From positions 1 to 64,000 of IMG/VR virus record IMGVR_UViG_3300042900_000746: 64,000 bases of DNA; one strand, given 5' to 3'. This document shows positions 56,643 to 64,000 of the stretch, piece after piece. The DNA is from a virus (taxonomy: Duplodnaviria; Caudoviricetes). Numbering within the stretch: the first letter of the stretch is position 1; every line of letters begins with the position of its first letter. The notes under the pieces were generated by a model that saw only the letters and a program-made list of their open reading frames with translations, did no database searches and was not told where the DNA came from. The position numbers and the translations under genes were made by a program.

Positions 56643-57010
56643 TAGTGCACCATAAATCTAGGTATTCCAGTATTTACTACAGAATTTCTTATGTAAAATT
56701 TATTAGTTGCAACATCATCAAAAAAATTAAGTATATATGGATTTGATTCATTTGTATCTCTAAACCCTATTAAGCATCTTGTCCCTAGGGTGGGTGAAAC
56801 TGATTGAACTCCTTTGACTAATGGGCAGGGTACATTTTTTAAAACGTTTCCCATATTTTCAGAGTATTGTTCATCTAAGATAACATCAGCTGTACTACTT
56901 GCCCTATTGTAACTGACTATAATTCCAGGTCTTGTCCTGGACTTTTGCATAGATACGTTGTCTATTTGATCTTGTATTTTTTTATCAAATTTTGGATAAT
57001 TACCTGGCAT
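56642..57010 (-). CDS. Baseplate spike N-terminal OB-fold-like protein
   Basis: G.IVSY....TADV, L.NVP, P..GT.CLI.F...P.I pattern. Confidence 0.6.
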   Translation of the reverse strand: MPGNYPKFDKKIQDQIDNVSMQKSRTRPGIIVSYNRASSTADVILDEQYSENMGNVLKNVPCPLVKGVQSVSPTLGTRCLIGFRDTNESNPYILNFFDDVATNKFYIRNSVVNTGIPRFMVH

Positions 57011-57025
57011 TTTTATTTAGTCCTC

Positions 57026-59203
57026 TCATAGTCTTCCTGTGAACATTTCGCCGTTCATCCATCTCTCTATTACTGGAGCAGATCTGGATGTGGCCCCATT
57101 GCCTGCAAAGGCAAAATATCTTCTTACCCACGCCTTTAAGGTTTCTTCTGTTTGATTCGTATTTCTTAGATAAACCCCTACAGCGTCTGACCATTTAACA
57201 TTACTAATTGGGCCATAAGTAGGTGCCCCGCTTCCTGGAGCGCCCCCATAATCCCCCCATGGCTGAAGTACATGTTGCATTTCTGGAATTTGTCCTAATT
57301 TCTGGTCTGCTGGAAGTGGATAAACTGGATCTCGACCACTAGCCATTTTATACAGCATGAATGCTTGATTTATCGGTATCCACAATCGATCACTAGTTGA
57401 ATTTCTACTATCCGTTATATAAGCTGGAGTTTTTTCATTGGCTTTAGATTTAGCTATACTCGTGAAAAAAGATTCCCATTGATCAAAGTTTGTCAGTCCA
57501 AAATATTCCCACGCTGTTGCAGCCAATTTCCAACCTTCTGTAATTGCTACCGTTGGGAGTGGTGTCATATATGTTTTTTTTCCGTGAGCTAACAAATTAA
57601 TTTGAAAACAACCAAAAGAATAATCTCTGCTATTAAGTATTCTTGGGTTCCAACTGCCGACATTGCCTTCTCTAGCAGTTATTGCAGTAAATAGAGCTGC
57701 CAATTCTGGGTAAGCTATTGTCCCTGCGAGAAGTTGGAAAATTTCATCTTGACTTAATTCTCCAGTATTAGGTACTTTATAGCTTTTAGTATATTTGGAA
57801 TCAAGAATATTTCCTGGAGTTATACCTATACCAAAGCCGAAGTCAATAGTTGAACCTGGCACTGTGGCGGGTGTTGCTGGAGGACCAGTAGTAAAAGCTC
57901 CTCCTGGTCCAGTGTATATCCCTGACCTTGCGGGGGAAAATGCAATATGGAGGTGATTTCTATGACCGCTGTCTGGAAACCATCTAACGTGTTTTAAGTT
58001 AGGAAATCTTAGTTTTATCGCTGCGTCGTCTGCGTCTTTGTCCTCACTAACTCCATATTCAGTTTTTAGTCGATCATCAAAACCTAACAGGTCTGGAATT
58101 AGATGCATGGGGAATGAGTTTATAGCAGTTAGGAACATGTCCATAAAGCCTCTAAATGTATCTAAATTTAGGCTTTCCAGATCGTAGAATGTTCCGGATA
58201 GAGATGTTCCGTTCATAAGATCGAATGCTCTACCAAAACCATGTGCAGAAAGTGTATTACCCTCTGTCATACTGTTCTTTCCTGGACTATCTGACCACCT
58301 AGTCATTCCAAAACCGCCACTAAACTTAATTTTTGTACTTAGTAAAATAAAAAATTCAATTATTGCTGGACAAATATACGCCGTTTGCGGATCAGCGTCG
58401 ATAATTTCTGGTGGAATTATAATGATATTTGAACTTTGATCCACAAGAGGGAATTCAGTTCCTCCATCTTTAGTTCCCAAGTCACGTAATCCATTTGGAA
58501 TATCAAAAGGCCAACCAGATTTTAGATAACTACTATTACCCGCGTATCCTATATTGGCTAAAACGAGTGCTCTTTCAGCGTGCCATGCCCGTTCTTCTAC
58601 TGTGCTGTTATTAGTTAACATAACCATTCTTCCTCCAGCACTTGGATTTCCTGAATCAGTATTGGGTGGCGTATCTCCATGATTTTCTGTGCCAGCTTCT
58701 TTTGATTGGGTTTCAAAAGACACATAATTATCGTACAGGTTTCCTTCCGCTTCTTCAATAAAAGAACTGCCGCCTTGTTTCCCTACAATACTTTCTGCAA
58801 GTATCCTAGCAAACGCAGCACCTCCCCTAAGCTTCGCAGTCTCTGTGGCTCCATCAGCATTTGTATAAGTACCACCTTCTGGATTTTCAATTACTAGAGT
58901 TGAAGTTGAATCAAAAGTTGATTCCGAGCCGGCGGTGATTAGGGAGTTTAAAGAACTCCCAATCGATTTATTATAAAAAGTAGTTGCAAATTTTGGGGAC
59001 CTATATAAAACATCTCCAGATATAGCCTCTGATATGGTTCGGCTAGTAAGAGTTTTGCCAGAAACTCCATTTTTGCCAAAAGTTGTATTTTCAACAACAA
59101 TTTTTCCATTTGGAAAATTTTTACTTTTTGGATAATAACTATCAAAAATAGCATTTGTTATCGACTTAGAGTTTGCCATTTGGCTTTTGTCAATGTTAAC
59201 CAT
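57026..59203 (-). CDS. Tail-associated peptidoglycan hydrolase (M15-like peptidase + lysozyme/SLT-like domain)
   Basis: SAHGFGRAFD...HRNHLHIAF; AITAREG...YSFGCFQIN...PIN.A...W. Confidence 0.7.
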   Translation of the reverse strand: MVNIDKSQMANSKSITNAIFDSYYPKSKNFPNGKIVVENTTFGKNGVSGKTLTSRTISEAISGDVLYRSPKFATTFYNKSIGSSLNSLITAGSESTFDSTSTLVIENPEGGTYTNADGATETAKLRGGAAFARILAESIVGKQGGSSFIEEAEGNLYDNYVSFETQSKEAGTENHGDTPPNTDSGNPSAGGRMVMLTNNSTVEERAWHAERALVLANIGYAGNSSYLKSGWPFDIPNGLRDLGTKDGGTEFPLVDQSSNIIIIPPEIIDADPQTAYICPAIIEFFILLSTKIKFSGGFGMTRWSDSPGKNSMTEGNTLSAHGFGRAFDLMNGTSLSGTFYDLESLNLDTFRGFMDMFLTAINSFPMHLIPDLLGFDDRLKTEYGVSEDKDADDAAIKLRFPNLKHVRWFPDSGHRNHLHIAFSPARSGIYTGPGGAFTTGPPATPATVPGSTIDFGFGIGITPGNILDSKYTKSYKVPNTGELSQDEIFQLLAGTIAYPELAALFTAITAREGNVGSWNPRILNSRDYSFGCFQINLLAHGKKTYMTPLPTVAITEGWKLAATAWEYFGLTNFDQWESFFTSIAKSKANEKTPAYITDSRNSTSDRLWIPINQAFMLYKMASGRDPVYPLPADQKLGQIPEMQHVLQPWGDYGGAPGSGAPTYGPISNVKWSDAVGVYLRNTNQTEETLKAWVRRYFAFAGNGATSRSAPVIERWMNGEMFTGRL

Positions 59204-59204
59204 A

Positions 59205-62200
59205 TTATACAGTTCCTCCTACTACGATTGGCATTGCGGCTGATTCTTCAGCAGTCGTTACAGAATCTGATTCTGCTTGAAGATCTGCAACGTAGACTCT
59301 AGCTAAGTTATTGACTACTAGTTCCCAGTTTAGTGTGTATGGATGTCCATCTTCATAATATTCATCCCAGCTAACTTGAGGCCATTCTGAAACTACGTTA
59401 TAAATTTCTTCTAATATTTTCATATAAACTAAAATATTATATTTCTTTACATATTGTTCGGACAGTCCGTGTAATGGATCTAGATTATCTAAATCATCAA
59501 AATAGTCTTCTTTTACAGTATTAGCTATCTTGCTATAAATTTCATTAAATTTGACTCTAAAAGGCGATTCATCATACATAGAATCTTGCACTTTTGTTTG
59601 CACAGTATCCAAAGATTCTTGATTGCTTCTAAATAAATTTCTAATATTTATTTTATGTTTTTCTATATTTACTTCTGGTAGATAATAGAATATTGTTCCA
59701 ATTGTTCTTTGAAATACATCTCTCACATAATTTGCATCAATATTTTGAGATGCTCCAGCCTCATAGTCCTGTTCTAATACAGCGGTCTTTCCAACTCTAG
59801 TTGGATTAACTCTAAGAACAAAAATTTTATCTGTCAAAGCTTTTGTTGTAAACAGTTTAGCTTTACCACCAGGAGTGGAAAGATCTAATAAACTAATAGT
59901 ATCATTCGCAGTTATTGGATTTGCTGGAGTATCTGGATATCCAACTTTACCTTCCATGGTATTAATTTCAGATGTATTCATTCCATCAAAACGAACTTTA
60001 AAAGTAGCTCCAGATAATACGTCTTCTACTTCAATTGTGTCACCGTCCACGAAGTGAATTACTTTACACAGTACTTTAAATTGTGGTTCAAGCCCAGCTT
60101 TTTCTGGACCAAGTCCTGCCATCTTAAGAACGCGCGCGTGCACTAGAGCGTTTTCATAACTTACATATCTAACCAGGTCTGTAATTTGACTTTCATTCCA
60201 TCCAAGACTCTTGAATAGATCATCGCTTCTAATATACGCATTCCCTTCTGGCGTTCTGACTTTAGCTCTAACGCCAAGTATTCCCGGAAGAAGTGCCTTA
60301 GAATGATACTTTCCGACAACCATTCCCTGATTATAAGAGAGCCCTGCGTCCATTGGTTGACCGTTTTTACTTAAATATTGAACATAACAACCATGCTGAT
60401 CAAGAACTTTATCCCTAATCCAACTCCACCCTTTCCATGCAAGTTGCCCGACTAGAGGCCCACCTATTGCTGCGCCGACTAAACCTATTGGGGTTACTGC
60501 TCCTAGAAGGGCACCTGCTGCTAGGCCACCGGCCAACATTTTAAACCCTACACCTGCACCTCCTCCATTAGCTGAGGCAAGGGCTATTAGCTGATCCTTG
60601 GCGTCTGGCAAACTTTGCGCAGTTTGGTTAGCCATAACATCTTTCACTAAAGCGCTCGAACCATGAGTGAATTGCAATCCGCCTAATAGTTGAGGGGACA
60701 GTGCTTCTCCAAGGGCATCCATAGATACATTTCCGCCAACAGATACTCCTGAGTTTCCCGATCTAATTCTACTTAAATACATTCTAGTATCATTTCGAAT
60801 TGTTTGAACGTTCATCCAAGAATGAATCCAAGATGTCATAAACCATCTTGCTGGGTCATTTACTGTAACTAGAGCATTAGGTGTTATTGACGTTATGTAC
60901 CCTAATTCTGCTGTAAAGTGATGAACGACTTGTTCAACTTCGAATATGCCATACATTCTCTCATAAACGTCAGCCAAATAAATTAAATCGTGCGGTCTAA
61001 TATCTGAGTTTCCAATAACTATTAATTCTCCACCATAAATATCTTTAATTGATTCTTTTAAGTGAGACAGTGCAACTCTTCTTGCAGATAATTCATCAGG
61101 AGCTCCTTGGACATTTTTTGCAATTCCGCTGATTGTTTCGAGCGGGTGCATTAACGGGTGTAGAAATCCAGTAAATCCAGAACCAGTCATATTGTCAAAG
61201 TATAGTCCAGTTTCAATAGTTTTCTCGACTTGCCTTTCAGCTGGAGCACCCTTATCTAAAGCTACAGTGACAGGATATTTTCCGTCTGATACGGCTGTAA
61301 CAGTTGTTGCAACGCCGTTGATATTTTCTTGTATTTCATTAGACAAGATGTGGGAGAAAGAACTTATGTAATGAAGTCTCTGGAATGGTTCACGCACCTC
61401 TATAACTGGTTCTCCATATTCTCTAGTAAATGGATTATCTACAGCTCTAAGAAGTGTTCCAGGTCTTCCTAGCGAATAATAAATGGAATCGTTAAGTGCT
61501 TTATTCAAAATGTTTGCTTGCTTTTTAAAGTTACCTGCTTCGGACAGGGCGTAGCCCATTTGTTGCATAGACAATTGAAACATTGACATTAGGCCTGTTA
61601 AACCATCTCCTATAGCGGTAAAGATTGGTCCTACGTTTGCGTTCCAAAAATCATTAATTCCGTCGGCGCTTTCCCCAACGATATTAGTTGAACTATTCCC
61701 TTCGCCTTTTGTCGCAGCTAATAATTTCAAAAATTTATCATTTTTACCCGGCTTAGCGTAATCGCTATATGGATCAATAAACGCTCTAAATATTTTATCC
61801 ACTGGTTTAAAGCTCCATTGATCATCCCCAGTTTTCTTTCTATCTGGCTTAAGCACTAGCCAAGCTCTTGCATACGGATCTTCCCACATTCTTTGTCTAA
61901 AGATGCCAACCATTAATAAAAATAGTTGTTTTGGTGTTTTAATTTTTTTAGCCAACTCAGATTTTAGTGTTGGGTTATCTGTATCTGCGGAAAGACTAAA
62001 GCTCAATACGTTATTAACAGTGGCATTGTCTAAGAAGTTCTTGTTAATTGAAGTCAATGACTTAACAACAACTGCATTAAAGTATTCTACTATTCCACCT
62101 TTATCTATACTGGTATCAATATAATTTGCTCTAGCAAACTCAATAGCTTCCTTAAAGTTTTGGTTGGAAGTACTATCTGCACTAGATTCACTGGAAGAAT

Positions 62201-64000
62201 TATTTGTACTTTGTAAATTATTTACAAAATCTGAACCCAATAGAATTGAGAACTCATCTAAAGCTCCAGCTGAACCATTTCCAGTAGTATCATTGAATTT
62301 TGCGATAGGATTTGCAATAATTCCAGATCCAGTAAGTATATTTTTATAAAACTCTGGAAATTCATTTTCGTTATCAGGGTCTAAACTAAACGCATCAAAA
62401 AATATTTGTTTAACACTTTCATAATTATGATAACCAAATCTAAATTGATCCCAGATATCTTCAGCCTGCCTTAAGGTTCTGCCATCTCCAGCAATGACTG
62501 ACACTGAGGCATCAAAGTTTTCATCATAATATGATCTAGCCTCAACGCTAACTATATCTAACGGAGAATAAACTGGAGCAAATGAAACTCTTCCAGTTCC
62601 AGAATCACCTCCCGTTGTAGTTAATTCATCATCTAGTATTTCATAGAGATTATCTCTTTTTAGACTATCATAGTCATCGCCAGTAGCATCTATGACGGCC
62701 TGGAAATAAGTTTTTTGATCACCTTCTTTTACGACATTTAATGCATTACCGCCGTATTGCAAACCTTCGACATTTGATACCATATTAGTATCCAATGGCT
62801 TATACGCATTTAATGAATCATTTATGGCGATAGCTCTTCTTTCTATCGTATCTGCCGAACCACTTCTATCTCCTGATGCTGTTCTTTGTATTGCATAATT
62901 TACATCACCTTCTTTTGGTTTAAAGGATCCAAAACCAATTAACTGAACTTCATCTCCCTCAATTTTTTCTCCATTTTCACCCTTTAATGAGAAGTCTGAC
63001 ACTGGTGCAACTGCATCTGCTATAACTCCAACAGGAACATTATCCGGAACAAATGCCATAAAGCATTCTTGCATAATGGGATAAGGTCTAAATCCAGAAT
63101 TTCTCCAGTTATTCATATCTCCACCACCACCCTGTGCTGCCCTAGAGACGACCATGTCTTCTTCTTTAGAATTTCGTGTAATTACACCTAAGTAATAAGC
63201 TGCATCTGGCGACACTACTGCATCAGACAATTGATAATCCTTAGCGGTGCCGTCACTATCAACTCCACTAATTGTTTTTTGACTACCCCATAAGAAGTAT
63301 GCTGGACGACAAACCACCGCTCTTCTATTGGTAGGGTTGTAAACTAAAACTTTTCTAGATTTATAATCTTTTACTGTTCCATATAGATCTTCAAAATCAT
63401 AATTAGATTTAAATTGACTAATAGTATCTTCATCTGCGCCAGTTCTATTGGTTTCACTCTGGGAGACTGGGTTATATGGCCATCTCATGGCTATATAGAA
63501 TTGTTCGTCTTCAGCTGTAGCTGGAGTACCCCATTCCTTATAGGTTAATTCTCCATAATTATCTGATTGATATTCAAAAGAAAAATCATCATCAACATTT
63601 TCTTTTTTTATTACACCTGAACCAATAGACCCTGCTGCATTAGTCGAGAGATCTATTCTTGGCAGCGGGACCATTACTTTTCGTGCTTCTGGATATAATT
63701 TTATTGCTTCTTGATTAAGTTGTCCAAAATTTAATGGATTATCAAGATTAATGGTGTCATCAGACGGGATCAGTGTTTGTTTTGTTTCTTCAAAGAAAAT
63801 ATATTCTAAACTTTGAAGTTTTAATAAATTATTATAATAGTCCTTATTACCTTCAGTTATATGATCTCCATCACTGTCGTCCATATGATCTTTGATATCA
63901 CGTGCCAAAGAAATAAACGGAGCATTAATTAATTGATCGTCAGGGAGATCTTCATTTGCGGTAAAGTATGGGAAACTGTATCTTGGCGGAAGATTGGGCA
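59205..64000 (-). CDS. Giant tail/baseplate hub-like protein with C-terminal thermonuclease domain; 5' end beyond the window
   Basis: Frame is open from 64000. Hub-like G.L.VIGN.DIRPHD.IY..D....MYG.FEV..V.H.F; SNase-like VDGDTIEV..VRFDGMNTSE..G..AK..D.F.R. Confidence 0.75.
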   Translation of the reverse strand, partial: PNLPPRYSFPYFTANEDLPDDQLINAPFISLARDIKDHMDDSDGDHITEGNKDYYNNLLKLQSLEYIFFEETKQTLIPSDDTINLDNPLNFGQLNQEAIKLYPEARKVMVPLPRIDLSTNAAGSIGSGVIKKENVDDDFSFEYQSDNYGELTYKEWGTPATAEDEQFYIAMRWPYNPVSQSETNRTGADEDTISQFKSNYDFEDLYGTVKDYKSRKVLVYNPTNRRAVVCRPAYFLWGSQKTISGVDSDGTAKDYQLSDAVVSPDAAYYLGVITRNSKEEDMVVSRAAQGGGGDMNNWRNSGFRPYPIMQECFMAFVPDNVPVGVIADAVAPVSDFSLKGENGEKIEGDEVQLIGFGSFKPKEGDVNYAIQRTASGDRSGSADTIERRAIAINDSLNAYKPLDTNMVSNVEGLQYGGNALNVVKEGDQKTYFQAVIDATGDDYDSLKRDNLYEILDDELTTTGGDSGTGRVSFAPVYSPLDIVSVEARSYYDENFDASVSVIAGDGRTLRQAEDIWDQFRFGYHNYESVKQIFFDAFSLDPDNENEFPEFYKNILTGSGIIANPIAKFNDTTGNGSAGALDEFSILLGSDFVNNLQSTNNSSSESSADSTSNQNFKEAIEFARANYIDTSIDKGGIVEYFNAVVVKSLTSINKNFLDNATVNNVLSFSLSADTDNPTLKSELAKKIKTPKQLFLLMVGIFRQRMWEDPYARAWLVLKPDRKKTGDDQWSFKPVDKIFRAFIDPYSDYAKPGKNDKFLKLLAATKGEGNSSTNIVGESADGINDFWNANVGPIFTAIGDGLTGLMSMFQLSMQQMGYALSEAGNFKKQANILNKALNDSIYYSLGRPGTLLRAVDNPFTREYGEPVIEVREPFQRLHYISSFSHILSNEIQENINGVATTVTAVSDGKYPVTVALDKGAPAERQVEKTIETGLYFDNMTGSGFTGFLHPLMHPLETISGIAKNVQGAPDELSARRVALSHLKESIKDIYGGELIVIGNSDIRPHDLIYLADVYERMYGIFEVEQVVHHFTAELGYITSITPNALVTVNDPARWFMTSWIHSWMNVQTIRNDTRMYLSRIRSGNSGVSVGGNVSMDALGEALSPQLLGGLQFTHGSSALVKDVMANQTAQSLPDAKDQLIALASANGGGAGVGFKMLAGGLAAGALLGAVTPIGLVGAAIGGPLVGQLAWKGWSWIRDKVLDQHGCYVQYLSKNGQPMDAGLSYNQGMVVGKYHSKALLPGILGVRAKVRTPEGNAYIRSDDLFKSLGWNESQITDLVRYVSYENALVHARVLKMAGLGPEKAGLEPQFKVLCKVIHFVDGDTIEVEDVLSGATFKVRFDGMNTSEINTMEGKVGYPDTPANPITANDTISLLDLSTPGGKAKLFTTKALTDKIFVLRVNPTRVGKTAVLEQDYEAGASQNIDANYVRDVFQRTIGTIFYYLPEVNIEKHKINIRNLFRSNQESLDTVQTKVQDSMYDESPFRVKFNEIYSKIANTVKEDYFDDLDNLDPLHGLSEQYVKKYNILVYMKILEEIYNVVSEWPQVSWDEYYEDGHPYTLNWELVVNNLARVYVADLQAESDSVTTAEESAAMPIVVGGTV

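Noticed and set aside
1114-62349. Numerous short plus-strand and nested ORFs in the track (e.g. 2685-3062, 16390-16797, 18301-18684, 34199-34594, 52205-52477)
   Set aside because: They are antisense or alternate-frame shadows of well-supported minus-strand genes; 52205-52477 coincides with the GC-rich VR. Only 14941-15105 has independent support.
63906-63908. TTG start for the last ORF
   Set aside because: The frame stays open to position 64000, so the gene starts outside the window.
1-64000. DGR reverse transcriptase or template repeat inside the window
   Set aside because: No RT-like ORF, and I saw no second copy of the VR or AAC-rich non-coding tract; intergenic gaps are mostly too short. 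A self-alignment would confirm this.
1-64000. CRISPR array, integrase, transposase, rRNA or stop-codon reassignment
   Set aside because: No regularly spaced repeats or matching motifs seen; genes tile densely in code 11 with TAA, TAG and TGA all used as stops.

Overview
This window is a 64 kb segment of a large, AT-rich, tailed dsDNA phage genome, probably a myovirus given its baseplate J and gp25-like genes. Nearly all genes lie on the minus strand in tightly coupled operons using the standard genetic code. In transcription order (right to left) the window contains: (1) a tail/baseplate operon with very large virion proteins (34.4-64 kb); (2) a holin, then a nucleotide-metabolism and replication block with class II RNR, ThyX, dCMP deaminase, glycosyltransferases, DnaB, an AEP-type primase, DnaE, nucleases, a sigma factor, RNase HI and dNMP kinase (11-34 kb); (3) a cluster of tiny Lys-rich proteins, an LPXTG surface protein and an endolysin (5.2-11 kb); (4) an exonuclease, tRNA-Ser(GCT) and a glycan-modification cassette (0-5 kb). 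An actinobacterial host is inferred from the r1t-type holin, MSMEG_6728-like gene, LPXTG protein and leaderless promoters. The strongest signals are a C-type-lectin-like domain inserted mid-way into a 1696-aa baseplate wedge protein, carrying a DGR variable-region codon signature with no RT or template repeat visible in the window, and 14 dispersed Ala-Thr-Pro motifs in the same protein, a possible sequon for the phage's own glycosyltransferases. All family calls come from motifs recognised by eye; no searches were run.
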